A stretch of 63,960 nt of DNA, filler included, from Lenisia limosa (GCA_001655205.1; 12 parts of 12 records of this genome joined end to end with filler, not necessarily neighbours in it), one strand, 5' to 3'; counted from the whole stretch's first letter, positions 11,674 through 25,490 are shown. The notes: generated by a model not told the origin, from the letters alone. Numbers and translations are program-made.

Positions 11674-14600
11674 ATGAAGTCGGCAGTCTTCGGCTTATCC
11701 CAACCTGTAGGAAGATTATTTGTTACCCTCAAGGGTTCTTCTATTGCATCAGCTGGTGTTGGTGAATCATCACTTTTTTATGCTTCAACTCGCCACCCAT
11801 CACAAAATGAAGTTTGTTTTCTGTAGTTGTTTTAACCCTTGAGATTGTTGCTCTAAAGGTTGTTGATTCAGGAATAGTATGTTCTGGTACTATTCCGTTT
11901 GAAAATGAGATAAAATCTCTCAATGTCATGCAAAGTCATCCTCATATCGTGTCTATTGTCCACTCAGGTTGGACAACACCTTTTTCTTCCTTTAATGCCC
12001 AGACTCTCAAATGCAAAAAGCTTCTTTTGTTTCCATTTGTGGAATTTCTGGTATTAGCGTCTCCAGTGAAGGTGCGTGATTCTTTGCATTTTTATTTCTC
12101 AGCTAAAGATATTGATACTGAGATGCAAGCTTTAGAAGCGGAACTATTTTCTTCCGTTTTGTCTTCTTCAGACGATGCTATCGGACTCTCTAATGAACAG
12201 TAAGACTGCCTTTGGCTGAAATTATAATCAGGGTTTGTATTCCCTATGACGAATCCGGGGATGCTCGCGTTGAGAGCATTTTTGATCTTGACCTTGAAGG
12301 AGATGCCCTCTTGTAAGCACGCACTAAAAAGTAACATTTTAGTTCAGCAGTGTTTAGCCCACTCACCAAAACATCAGCATTTTACGGGTCAAAGAAAGAA
12401 ATTGGTGTTGTTGATCTTTCTCAACAAACGGTAATGTATGCTTGTTGGGAAGTAATTGTCTAGATTGTATCAACTTTTGAAACGGCTCAGAAATATGTAA
12501 AGTGCAGTCCTCATAAAGTAGATGACCTTTGCATCTGGGGTATTGGTTCCATTTCCCAACTTATGGTTTAGGAAAAAACAATCTTGAGCTTTTTAATTTG
12601 TTAACAAATCAGTGAGTTTTATCAGTATCTTCTAATAAAATAGAGTTTCATGTGTTTTAGAAACTCCACACTGTTCAAACACCACAGCAATGGCATTTAA
12701 TCCTTCACAGTGTCATCAAATTGGTACGGATAACATTCTCTACCAACCCAACAGCTACGGGAGGAAAAGATGGTTACATCCGCATTTGGGATTTGAGAAA
12801 TGTATCATCACCACTCCTTTCTACAAAGGCACATGATCATTGGTAAGTAGCTTTGTCCTAATCTTTGGACTTACCAATAGGGTCACTTCTTTGGACTATA
12901 ACCGCTATGATCAACTCTGTTTGTGGGATTAAAACTTAGTGCCAATAAAAGCGCATCTCTCTTTTGTACCAATCATAGAAACCAAATTGAAGTTTCTTTT
13001 CTCATCGTTTCAGTACTGTCATCATCGTCAGATAATTCTATAACCCTTTGGGATATGACTTGCTTGTCATCGACCGTTCTTCCTCCATCCGAAAGCACAA
13101 CCACCAATGTTTGTTGACAAATCACTGGATTAGTCACTCAACACTTCCTTTCACCTCTTAGTTTTCAACACCTCTTATACCTGCTCAAGTCACCCCATTA
13201 TCACCATCAAGACAGCATTTACCGGTCCTTCCGTGTAAAGCTAGGTATGAAGTGTTGAAAGCTGATGCAAGGCTAAGTCTTTGAGTGACCTTTGTTGTTT
13301 GGATGGGAACATTTCGTTGTCTTTGTCTTTTAACAAATAGTATTATCCATCACTTTTTATCGTTTACCTCTGGTTTGTGTGACGTGTCACTCACTTCTGG
13401 GTGACATACGTGCTTTAAAACAATTTTAATACTAGGAAAAAGTGATATGATTCATGTTCAGTATGACGCGCAAAACAGAAGAGCGTGCTTCGGATATTCG
13501 AGACAACTTTCCCATTTGAAACCCTGATTTAAGCCACTGTATTTTTTCCAGATTCTACTTCTCCTTAAAAATATGCGTTCGTTTCTATTGTGATACTTAA
13601 AGCCGCAGTCCACATAAATTTTGTAGACAAACTATACGATTTTTACCCAGAGGTGGGCAGTTTTAGGCACATTTTCTTCTAATTTTTCTTTCTAAATCAC
13701 CGCTAAGATTGGGGTCAGGGTAGGGAAGGAGGGGTAGCAGTATATAGTGAACTAGTTTTTTTTAGATCTCAGTGTTCTTAGACAATCTAACAGACACAGA
13801 AAGCTAAAGATGTACTAAATCTGGAGCTTTGATCATCATAAGAATCACCCTGTTTTTTTTTCCTCTTGAAGTTTAGTTTCCATCGAGGAATAACGTCTCA
13901 GGTTCCAGATACTAAAACAAAATCAAAGGACTCCTTTTGTTATTGAGCCAGATTTGCGTGCAATTTTTAAATTGACCCTTAAGAATAATTCTCGGGGTAG
14001 TTTCTTTTATATTCCAAAAATGGGTAAAAATGGCCTGGAATATGACTAACAGGCTATATGAGGCAAACATAAAATATTTTGGTAATTATTAGAATTCCTC
14101 AAATATCCTGTCAAAAATCCCAACATAGTGAAAAAGTGAAACCAAAAAACGACCAAAATTGGAATAACCCAAATAGACAAAGCTGTTTTATGGAAAATTA
14201 CCTTGCGGAATTATCCCAGGGGAACTAAAAACAAAGCAAGTTTATGTAGATGTAGCTAAAAGATAACTGACCAGTGAAGGAATACAACCCACCTGTTTTT
14301 ATTGACACCTTGAATTTCCATCTTTACACCGGATTGTCAGAATCACTGACATTTGGTAAGGGTTTGTTTTTTATTGTTGCAAAATGTTAACACGTGGAGC
14401 ACCAAAAAGATAATATGGTTTAGATTATGTTTACTGAATTATTTTAGATTTGATATCAAAGTGTACCATCACCATGACGAAAGTGTTTACCAAGGTTGGC
14501 TAAAAATATCAGTTATTCAGAGGAGCAAACCCAAAATTCAAATAGGAATTATTTTACAATTGTGATATGATTTATATTTTATCAAAAGCAGTATTGCCTT

Positions 14601-14740
14601 TCTTTATATAGTTTCAATAGTTTCACTTTTCAGCCATGTGGGCAATTAATGACCCATGGACTTTCGCCTCGGTCGCCCATGATGGTAATGTTGTGTTAGG
14701 AAAAGTCGATAGCTCCGTTGTTGATATGTGCATGCAGTAA
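11674..14740 (+). CDS. EIPR1: WD40 protein EIPR1/TSSC1 homologue
   Basis: MKSAVFGLSQP start; DGYIRIWDLRN...AHDHW|VTSLDYNRYDQL; SSSDNSITL; C-terminus KVYHHHDESVYQAMWAINDPWTFASVAHDGNVV ending TAA at 14738-14740. Contains a ~1.2-kb intron at about 13245-14447. Confidence 0.85.
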
Positions 14741-14774
14741 ATACATTTTAAATAATAAATCAGAAACCATTTCC

Positions 14775-16151
14775 TTAATCTTGCTTTTTTGAAAACAATT
14801 TTGTGGGAGAAAGTGTTGGCTCAATAGTGGATTTCCCATAAACTTTTGAAATATCTGAATTGTGATGGTAAAAATTGGCTTACGAGGATTTTCGACCTTA
14901 ATCAGGAAAACGAACTGTAGTGCATGGGCGGCTATTGAAGCGGCAAGAACAGTGTAGGATTGGGTAAGTAATGAAAAGCCATAGTAAAATCCATATCTGT
15001 GTAAAAAAGAGTAATAAGAAGCAATTTTGTGAGTGGAGTAGCTTACCCTGCTGTATACATTGGATGAGGTACCATTCGGAAGACACCATCAAAGTTGAGT
15101 TCGGTATCAACAAGATATGCAAAATCGGTCCAGTACCAGGCAAAATCTCCAATAACACGATGGGCATCTATAATTATCAGAAAACCAGCTTTCATACCTT
15201 GTTTTGCCCACATGCCTGCAGCAATCAGACTCAACCCAAGAACATAAGAAAGGCTCACAGTCCATGTCAGCTCTGATGGAAACTCCCAGCAATAAACACA
15301 GAGAATAATATATGCCTTGAGATATGAAAAGATTGAATTGTGCTTACCCCAAAGTCTCCGCCAAGGATGAAGTCAACAAGATAACGGAATGTAAACCAGG
15401 AATTCATTTCAACTGGAGCCTCCTAAAATTCATGAATTTCATTATATTCAACTTACATAAAAATCGTAACAATCACTACAATCACTGGTGAGAATGCGCT
15501 TCCACAAATTATGAAGAATATGCTCCTTGTCTGTAACCGCCTATCAAGTGAATAAGTGGTGCATTGAAGTGACCTACATGTCCCCATCTGGTAATTGTCT
15601 GATAGTTGGATTGAAGATAAAGAAGATAGCCTAAGAACACATTATATCCTAGGCGATAGCTTGCAAATACTACTAGATTTCCCTGAAAAGTAAAGAAAAG
15701 AGTGCATACCAGGAGTCCAAAATTGAAATACAGCGAAAGTGACACATGGAATATACACGTGAAACACATCAGGTATTGAAAGAAACTCCATTCCTTGAGG
15801 TGGAACATTCTTGAGAAGTTCTGCTTAAATGTGGGCACAACAAACTCTGAAAAATAACATAACTATGTAAAATAATTCACAAAGAGGGTTGCATATATCA
15901 GCTTGAAAAGTCATTCAAAAGAGAGTCAACATATTAATCAACAAAGATATATCTTTTATATTATATATAACCGTAATACTATAGGCTTTAAACACCAGAT
16001 CTTTGCCTCCCGTACCCTTTCCTTCAAATGTGATCCCAACACCGACCGCATCTGAGGGTAGATTTTGCCGTAAATCTTTTAAATTTGGATATGAATCTTT
16101 TTTTTTGAGAGCAACGGTGGAAAGCGGTTCAGCAAGAACAGTTCCTGGCAT
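14775..16151 (-). CDS. CHO2: Phosphatidylethanolamine N-methyltransferase, Cho2-type, one PEMT domain
   Basis: IGDFAWYWTDF...LNFDGVFRMVPHPMYTAG|YGFYYGFSLLTQSYTVLAASIAAHALQFVFLIKVENP|HISKVY; stop TAA at 14775-14777. Confidence 0.85.
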
Positions 16152-16621
16152 ATTTCAAAATTTAGGAAGCTGCTCGGAAAAGATTTAATATAATACAGCA
16201 AAGAATGTCTCAGTTAAGCCGATAAAAAGGGGAAATGCCTCAGTGTTCGTGGTTTCATAGGTGTCAAAGTGACGTTTCCGTGAATTGATTCTGTCACTGC
16301 TGAGCGTCCACGCCAAGCTGTCGGCATTTGTCTCGTGCAGATGTCGCGCACGCGCATTAGGGTGGCTGAGAGGCCCCACAGGCAGACTCCTCCCCCTACA
16401 AAAATATAATCAATAATCGATCAATAACTTAATAACAATCATCAATCAATTTGAAAATTTGAAATGATTGATTGATTTGAGTTTGCTCACCGTTGTCCGT
16501 CCATGATGAAATTAGTTGATCGATTGATCGTATTTGCAATATTGCATTTTTCAAACAGTTTTTCAATGTTTTATGCTAAATTTGAGCTTTGAATAAAAAA
16601 AAAACATAAAAAAAAACCAGG

Positions 16622-19600
16622 ATGAAACTGTCTGGTCTACTTGGAGAGAGTGATTCAGACACTGAAATAGAGAAGGCTCAGGGCCAGGATGGTTCTTCCA
16701 GTTCTGAAGAATCGAACAGCTCTTCCTCCGATGATTCATCTAGCGACTCTTCTAGCGAGTCTGAAAGCGATGAGGAAGAGGAAGGAGAGGTCCAGAGCAA
16801 GGCTGAAGTTTTGGAGCTTGGCAGCTCAAGCAAACTCGATGCTGTGACCGCTATTCCTGACCTCACTCCCCAAACTAACGTTTGTGAAACATGTCGAATT
16901 GTTCCTGCTCGTTACACATGTCCAAGATGCCAGGTGCGTGCGCATATACAATATTTCGAGGCTCTTCAGAGGTTTTCTGTGCCTTCATATTCTTTTTTTT
17001 TTTTGCCACTATTTTGTTAATTTTATACCAGTAGCGCATACCTGCACCCTCAAACTATTGTTTCATATAACATTGCCAGCAGCGAACGTGTTCAGTGGAC
17101 TGTATCAAACTGCACAAGCAGTTGACGAAATGCAATGGAAAGAGAGACAGGACCAAATACATTCCCATTAACAAATTTACAGACCAGAACTTAGAGTCAG
17201 GTAGGAGGTGAAAGGTGAACACCTCATCGCAATATCACAGCATTTGCTAATTGTACCCTTTTACCAAAAAAAAAAAAAGAATCATGTTGTGATACTTTAG
17301 ACTTCGGATTTCTGACTGAGGTTGACCGCTCCTTCACAAGTACGAGAAAACTGCGGAAAGTCACGTGTAGACAAAACCGTGGCAGAGCAAAGATGGTGGC
17401 AATGGTCAGAGGAGGGACACTTCCCAAATAATATGATATAGAATGAAGGCTTATCGTTTATGTACTAATTGATACAAATGGATCTGAACCCATTTTAGCC
17501 ATACTGTTTTTTGATTTGATAATAGAGTGACTGACTGTTTACACCTTGTGTTGGTATTTGTTCCCTACTTTTTGATATTTATCAACTGTATTGAGATTTT
17601 ATTTTCCTATTGCATATCACTGATGTTGTATCACTTTTTGGGTTATTTGCGCACTGCCTCATATCCACTCGTATTTAATTTAAACGTCTAAATGATAGTT
17701 TGTTATTGTTGGATGTTCTTCATGTGACCATCTTTCACCACCATGCTCGCAAGTGGCTTCTGGCAGCGGAAACAGAAGATATCAGCAATGACAACTTTAG
17801 AGCAAAGAACGCCTCATGGTCCTGCAGCTTCTACCCGATGGAATGGCCAGAAGGAGGGAGAATCACACGTATATCAACTACAAGTAAGACTCAATCGGGG
17901 TGAATTTAGTATTCGTGATGTTTGGTATATGTACATATCCTTAATTAAGTCATTAATTCGAATTGATTGATTTTCCCTGAATAAATATAAACAATTCAAA
18001 AATTTGCCCTTTTGATAAATCGTATATTTTTTTTTCAACAACCTAACCACACAAAACAAACAGTCACCATACAACATATCCGACATAGCATAGAGGTCAT
18101 TTATATCCTAAATAGGTCCTGGAGAGGGTGACAAAAAAAAGAGTAATGATGAAGGTGAGGGTGGCAAAAAAAAGAAAAAAAAAGAGTGGCAACACATTTA
18201 TGAGATATTACCAATCTTACTTTAAATGGTGTGTGAAAGTAGACGAACACCTTGGAGGAAAATCAGAGCACAGAGTCTGAGAGAAGTTAAACAGTATTTT
18301 AAAAAAAACAAGCACACAAATTATATGTAATATATAGTAGAAAACTAGTATATACTAGATCTCACCAAGAAGGGGATGATGGAATAAAGGTAGGGGAGGA
18401 CTGTAGGGTGAGGTTGCTTTCAATGATAAACGAAGTGAAAATACGCCTCAATGTCTTGCACAAGCCTATTAAGTTGTTTGGCTTTTTTTCAGAATAAAAA
18501 AAACTACATGACGCACTCAGAGCAACGCAAATAGTGCAGATGTATGGGAAAATCATGAAAACAAGAATTAAAACATAGTAGTAGTATATGATATAGTATA
18601 TGAGATATAGTATATCATATCATATATTTTATCATATAAAGCTTGTAGAAACTTAAATTTATCCTGGGAAAACTGGGAGAAAACGCGGCACCCCCACGAG
18701 GGTTTGTGTTTTGCTGGGAGCTTGACCCCCTGTCAATATGAACTTAATTAATAATATAAAAATGTGTAAGATCACTTCCTCGATCACTTGCTGATTCATC
18801 AAAATGTTGTTTTCCCTGCTTATTTCCTATTTAAACGATTCTCCATCAATAAATGAAGTGTTTTTGAGAAGTTTCTTGTGAAAATAGTCTTCTCTTGGAA
18901 CATAATGATTTTAATGACTTTGTTTAGGACCTTGAGCATATACATACATACATAATACAACCCAATTATATTGTTTCGTGTCACTTCGTTTCCCTCAAAA
19001 GACTAAATGAGCCCGCTTATTTCCCTTACAGGACCAACCAATTGGAATGGACTGTGGAACTTAGGGTACCTTTTGACAGAAAGACCAAGTACCTTAGCAG
19101 GTATGCTTTCACAAATAGCCCTTTGCTTTCTTTGTTTATCTATTTCGTGGTTCTTCTTGATCATAATTTTCCTCTCAAAAGGAGCTCTTCTTACTTCTAG
19201 GGTCTGTGAAGAACGGAGTTGGGGGAAGGTCCTTGAAAGCTATCTTCATCCCAATGAAAATAATCACGTGAATAAGTTTGAGGTGGAATATTAATCATAT
19301 AAAGCTCATCAGTGGCATTACCACGCGTGTCCTTTCCTCATCGTCTTCTATACCCCCTTACTTCTTAGGTATGACTATGCTTCCGTTTTCGCAAAGGAGG
19401 AAGGAAATATAACGCTTCTGCTGCTTGCTGAAGGATTCCCAGTAAGCTTCACAACTTGGTAGATAACTTTTGAAATGTGTTAACACAGCAGGGCGGACCG
19501 TATTACTTCCGACTTCCTTTTGAAGAAGTTGTTCGTGATAGTCTTGTTTCCAAGTATGTGTTGCCGAGAACATAATAGATATCTTTAGAGTCAGCATAAC

Positions 19601-20511
19601 CCTGTTTTAGAGTCATTGTAGAGTTCCCAGTCATCTACCTTGTGCCCAAATCGGAGCTTCATAGTTTCCCTGAACCACCGAAGGACCGGTCTGACCTTGT
19701 TCCCATTCACCCTGGGGTTGAGATTGTATTGGATGGCATTGAAAAGGTGGGTCTTTTATTTTGGAAGTAATTTGAATTGCAAATAATTTAGAGATTTTTT
19801 CATTTTTTTCATCTTATGGTCATTAGGTTAAGGTTACTCCTGCTGATAACTCGATGAAGAGGGTACCTTCTACTCAATCGCCACCCCCAAGGAAACGTAA
19901 ATCTGTCGGTCCATCATTCATGCTTGAAGGGGACAGTAGTAGTGACGAAGAAGGCATGGTGGTAAGGGGTTGTACATAGGGCTTAACTTCGGTTCGAAAA
20001 AAAGAATGAATTTCTTGATAAATCCTCGAAAACTATAGATGTTTTACCGGTATTTTTTGAACCGAAGTGAAGCCCTAGTTGTTCAATTCGAAGTGAAGCC
20101 CTAGTTGTTCAATTCGATTCACTTCTTCTTTTACCATAATACGTTTATAATCAGACAGCTCCAGTCAAAAATAGCATTGACATGAATAGATTGAGCAAGT
20201 ACCCCCTTCTGCACCTGCGTGTGAAACTCCTCTCAAAGGCGGCCTACTTGAGGTTTGCCCCGCCCCGTAATTTCTAATCCTCTTTATTCTAATAAGACAG
20301 GTGCCGTCAGTCCCGCATACTCCGAGCCTTGCCCGGATAGCCACAGTATCCGAGTCGGTGGCTTCCGCCGAGGTGGAGCCGACGGAGGAAGAAATGCTTC
20401 AGTCTCTCATGCAGGCCATTGCTGCAGGTATTTTTGTAGCACTTGTTTATCTAATCCTTGTCAGTTAAAGCAGGGTGCCAATCCAGAAAATTTTCACGGA
20501 TATCCGAATAA
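16622..20511 (+). CDS. BCD1: Box C/D snoRNP biogenesis factor BCD1/ZNHIT6 (zf-HIT)
   Basis: CETCRIVPARYTCPRCQ|QRTCSVDCIKLHKQLTKCNGKRDRTKYIPINKFTDQNLESD|FGFLTEV; LQLLPDGMARRRENHT; LEWTVEL; RVIVEFPVIYLV. The last exons are less certain. Confidence 0.88.
19977..20077. mobile_element. Family A hAT-type MITE (~100 bp, TIR TAGGGCTTCACTTCGG)
   Basis: TIRs at both ends; 8-bp flanks gttgtaca/gttgttca; lies in a BCD1 intron. Other copies: 37731-37830, 39082-39217, 42529-42610, 45096-45192, 53998-54097. Partial or degenerate copies: 2818, 38608, 54477, 56250, 61781, 62243. Confidence 0.88.
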
Positions 20512-20926
20512 AAAGTTTCGTTGACGTCATCTTTTAACTACTTTTTACTAAAATGTAAAGAAGATTTTGGTCAGTATGATAATCACAACATTTGCACTCT
20601 TTCTTCGAAAACAACTGCTCTATTAACAGTAAATAAAAATCACACAGGTTACGCTCGGTTTTGGCTCTATTTTTGGTTATCCGAGCCAGTTTCTGGGTTG
20701 GCACCTTGCTTTTAATACTCAAACAATTGTTATTCCTTTCTTTAATATTTTAGACGGATTAGACAGCTAATTAGATGACCTTTTGACTTTTTTTATCTTC
20801 AATTGAACCCTGTTTCTAGAGGCCGAGAAAACAAACATGTTTTGGCTTGTATCAATAGAATACCTCTTCCTGATTTCAAGCCTAGGTGTTATGATGAGCT
20901 CTATTCTTTTCATAACAAAATGATAT

Positions 20927-21713
20927 TTGGGGGCACCTTGCAATTAATTGTCATCATTGGTTTTGTTTTTTGCAATTAATTGCCAATAATTGAAAATAAT
21001 TGCGGAATAAGTTGCAAATAATATTATCTACAACATTATTTTGAAATAAAGCTAATTATTGAGTGGCTGTTGGAACNNNNNNNNNNTGGGCCAGTCGGCC
21101 AGCGTACTGGAGACGCTGACGGGACACACTGTCGCGTCAATCACGCGCCACGAGTCGCTTCCGGTCCGAGTCCATAAGGTCCGAGGGCACTGCGTTAGGC
21201 ATTGCATCAGCGTAGTGTTAAGGATGTATCAGCAAACATGGTACCTTGCAATTAATTGTCATCATTGGTTTTGTTTTTTGCAATTAATTGCCAATAATTG
21301 AAAATAATTGCGGAATAAGTTGAAATCTTTTGTAGACAATAATATTATCTACAACATTATTTTGAAATAAAGCTAATTATTGAGTGGCTGTTGGAACAGT
21401 TGGAAACTTGTCTTAATAAAATACTGAAGAATATACTTGTGCCCAGCCAAAAATACGGAAGTTTTATTTCTCTTTTTTACGCATCTAATTACATTTTTCA
21501 ATTCATTGCTTATTATTTGCGATGGTCAGGCAATTAAAAAAAAAAAAAATTGCCGGCAATAATTGCAATTAATTGCACGGAGCCCTAAATGATATNNNNN
21601 NNNNNCCTAATTACATTTTTCAATTAATTGCTAATTATTTGCGATGGTCAGGCAATTAAAAAAAAAAAAAAAAAATTGCCGGCAATAATTGCAATTAATT
21701 GCACGGAGCCCTA
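20927..21713. mobile_element. Family F hAT-type non-autonomous element (TIR TAGGGCTCCGTGCAATT)
   Basis: 8-bp direct repeat AATGATAT at 20919-20926 and at 21588-21595/21714-21721. The left TIR is degenerate. A second left end lies at 52981. Internal duplications abut 10-N gaps. Confidence 0.7.
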
Positions 21714-21791
21714 AATGATATACTATGACCAGGTTATTCAATGTTGATTCGATGCATTATACCCAGACACAGAGTCTGCTAATTAATGTGC

Positions 21792-23085
21792 CTATTGTAA
21801 GCCCATTAATTCCTGAAGTCGCGTTGAAAAGTTTTTTCGATTGTCCAGGGGAAGTGTGCCTGTCTGTTGCTCCTGAAATGTCAGTATTGTACTCTGTTTA
21901 GCTTCTCCTTCAAGAGCCCCAACAAACAAGTGCAACTGGTAGAATTGAAAGGAGCTCTGCTGCGTTTGTCCATGTGCAAAGCCCTGAGGCATGTCAAATG
22001 GTGACTAAAGGCTCTATGGGTATCATCATTAGGTTGAAATCTGGTGCAGACGGCGCCAAGAAGGTGTCACAAACAATAACCGTCATACCCATAGAGTTGA
22101 ATTTGGCAGCCAACTCATCCTGGTGTCCAGCCATAAGAGTTGCGTTACTCACAACAATAAGGTGTTTTCCAGCCGTAGCCACCTCCATCATAGTACCAGC
22201 ACCTAATTTTAGGTGATTGCGGAAAAAAAAGAAGATTGAATTAATATCCACAGTATTTTTCGCGAAGAAGTTAAATGTTACTCCCCCCTATGTGATGATT
22301 GCATGTGCACACACCTCCGTGGCTGATGACTGCTACCGAATCGGAAATGAACCGCGTCAAATCATTACAATATCTGGAGAATGAGTTTAATAAAGGTGAG
22401 ACGAAAAGTTGTCCTTTTGTGGAATTTGAGTTTTGGAGAGAATTATAGCTACTTGTAGTAGAATCATAGGACGAATTTTTTTTCATATTTTGATTTGATT
22501 TATTAAGGCAAGATATTATCAACACATATCCAGAAAAAAAATAGTTAGTACTTGAGGGGAAAATGAACAAACCTAAATACGGACACACTGACCCCTGAAG
22601 AGGCATGATAATAGCCAAACACCCTGAAACATTATTGGAGAAAGGGCTTTGTTCCTAGGAGAAGACGTTATAGCTTGTACTTCTTCAAAACACAAAGTAA
22701 ACATAAAGCATACTCATTTCGCCAGTCGGAAGAAGGTGGAGAAGTCATGAGGCTAGGGACCAGTTTTGTCGGGAGGTATGACCCGTTTCCAATCTTGAGA
22801 AATTATAACATAAAACTGTATTGCAAAACAAAGAAGTTGTTGCTTTCGATTATCAAAATGTGTTCAAAATGATTCGCATATATGAACCCTTGTGGAACAT
22901 ACCTGTAAATTGAGGTGATATATCCTCAGGTTCCTCATCACAAAGAGGAAGTCCAGGGTATCGATTGCTGATATCAAAGAATCAAAACTAAAAAGTGAAG
23001 TGGTGGTTGTCGTGGGTCTTTTCCTTTTAATTATTTCCGCTTACTTGGTAGACCCCACAGTGATGAGGAGAGATTTGGATGCCAT
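21792..23085 (-). CDS. ALG13: UDP-GlcNAc transferase subunit ALG13
   Basis: MASKSLLITVGSTK|...RFISDSVAVISHG|...GAGTMMEVATAGKHLIVVSNATLMAGHQDELA...LPLDNRKNFSTRLQELMGLQ*. Confidence 0.9.
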
Positions 23086-23544
23086 CTTTGCCGTAGAGTG
23101 TCGTGAGCAACGATATGTCCACTATTTGGCAACCATACTAGGGTTATAAACAAGTTTATTTACCCCCTTCTGGTAGTGAAGGGATAGGCAGGTGGGGCAG
23201 TTGTTAGGTATTGTAGGCCGAAAAAAAAAAAAAAAAAAANNNNNNNNNNNNNNNNNNNNNNNNNNNNNNNNNNNNNNNNNNNNNNNNNNNNNNNNNNNNN
23301 NNNNGGGCAATGGCAAGGTACACTGCAGGGCTGATCTTTTGGGTATAAAGGGGACATGGGGTAGACTATTCTCCCATGCCTCACCATTTGGTGTGGCGCC
23401 ACAACTTTCGCGTTAATACACTTTTTTTGAGTTTGACCATTGACCAACTCACCCACCCACTCTGAACGATCCTCTGAGTGTCCTCTGAAGAACTCTCTTG
23501 CCTGTATCTTGCTCTCATCTTGCTGCACTTGTCGCCTTGCGCAA

Positions 23545-25032
23545 ATGGTTAGTTTCAATTATATTCACATTGGCCAGAACTTTTTGGACTTCTTCGGACA
23601 AGCCCCCCAAAGAAGGGCAGGCGCAACATTTACGAATACCTACAGAGTGATGCCGATCAATTTTCTTGAGAGAAAAGAGAACGCTGATAAGGGTGGAAAA
23701 TGTGGGTGGAAGCTCTTAAATTATTCCACTCTTATTATTTAGTGATTCTACCTCCCTCTGCTTTACGGCGACTTTCTGAACTTGAAGTGATGTATCCTAT
23801 GATCTTTAGGTGAGTAATTTTTTAAAAACAAGATGTGAGCAGTATAGGGAAAATTAAATTAATTCACCCAATCGTTTGCCTTACGACTCCCAATACAAAT
23901 GCGAATGAATGCCATTTGTTTTTTACTTTCTATTATCCACCTTATGTGTTGATCAAAGTAACACCGAAACATTTTCCAAATTCGAGACGTATCTTTCATT
24001 CTTTCAGAGTCACAAATAAGAAGATTGGGAGGTTTTCGCATTGTGGAGTGTTGGAATTTGTTGCTGAGGAAGGACAATGTTACATGCCTCACTGGGTGAG
24101 TTTTTGGGTTTTGTCCTCACTTATAAAGATGATGCAAAACTTATGCCTCAATATCAACGATCTGATTGAGGTGGCCAACACAACCCTCCCCTTGGCAAAA
24201 ATGGTCAAGCTTCGACCTCATGAAACGGCATTCACACAGACAAGTAACCCGAAGGCAGTGTAGGGAGTCAATTTGAGTTTATCTTTAGGCTTGAGAATAC
24301 ATTGCGAAACTTTAGTTGTTTGACAGTTGATGATACAATATCTGTTCATTACAATGACAGAAATTATTTGATTGATATTGTTGATGCAAAGCCAAATAGT
24401 AAGGATTACTCTGTTAAGGTCACTTTAGATGCTGTATGCATTGTTGAATGCGACATGAATGTTGACTTTGACACCCCATTGGTAGGTTATATGTGCTCCA
24501 ATGTTATCGGCTACTTTTATAACTGTGGTTTTTCTAGGATTATGTTGAACCCAGGCGACCATCTCCTAAAGCCTTAGAACCCGAGGCTTCAAAACAAAAG
24601 GTAAGAAAATTGTAGATATCGATTGAATACTGTAGGTGCGCGAAGTTGCCTTTTATGGATCTGGGTGTCGATTAGATGGCAAAACCGCACCCAAAGCTGC
24701 ACCGCTTACAGAGGTTGTTGTAGCTTCGGCCAATAACAATATTGCAGAAAATGTAAGGATTATATTAAAACTGTATATCGAGGCAGTAGATTACATTTCA
24801 TGCATATGATTTTATCATGTATATATCGAGGCAGTAGATCACATTTCATGCATATGATTTCAATATACACAATAATCATATGCAATAATATATTTTGATT
24901 TGAGATAATATTTTGTTGGTCAGATTTGTTTTATCTTTTCAGGATATGGAGGATATGTCTGACTCAAGTGATGATGAAAAGACGCAAGAGGGAGATTATA
25001 GTTGGGGTTCTGGAGGTCAAACTCTCAAGTGA
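23545..25032 (+). CDS. UFD1: Ubiquitin fusion degradation protein UFD1
   Basis: DKGGK|..LPPSALRRL; SHCGVLEFVAEEGQCYMPHW|MMQNL; NPKAV|LENTLRNFSCLT; IVECDMNVDFDTPL; ends GSGGQTLK-TGA. Confidence 0.96.
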
Positions 25033-25156
25033 TGATGTAAATTAATATTGTCATAATGTAACTGTACCATATGAAAAACCCTGAAATTCAAAGGAGAATG
25101 CAATAAATAATATTAGATCAGGAAACAAAATACAAACATATCAAAGACAAAACGGA

Positions 25157-25490
25157 TTAGAGGAAGAGAATATCAGCATCAGGAGTGGCTGGAAGCTCAA
25201 GGTCAACGACTTCAGCAATCTCGCCGCATTGTGAACATTTCTTGTCCCAGTGGTGGTGGTGGCTTCTGTGATTGGGTCTTCTTTCTCGACAATCTAGCCT
25301 TGTGTTTCTTCGATTACATAAGGTAGTGGGGTTTTTGACAGACTCAGTGTCAGAATCGTCAACCTCGGTCTGGACAAAGAAAGGATGCCAGTTCCATACA
25401 GGTGATGGTGTTGAAGCCGACTTGTTCTTGGCTCTTCTGACCTCCTCTTCTTCACGTAGACGTTCTAGGCGGTAAGTTTTTTCATTCTCT
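25157..25490 (-). CDS. Terminal exon of an unassigned gene
   Basis: An open frame of about 110 codons (RLERLREEEEVRR...HHHHWDKKCSQCGEIAEVVDL...FL*) ending TAA. The upstream splicing is unresolved. Confidence 0.4.
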
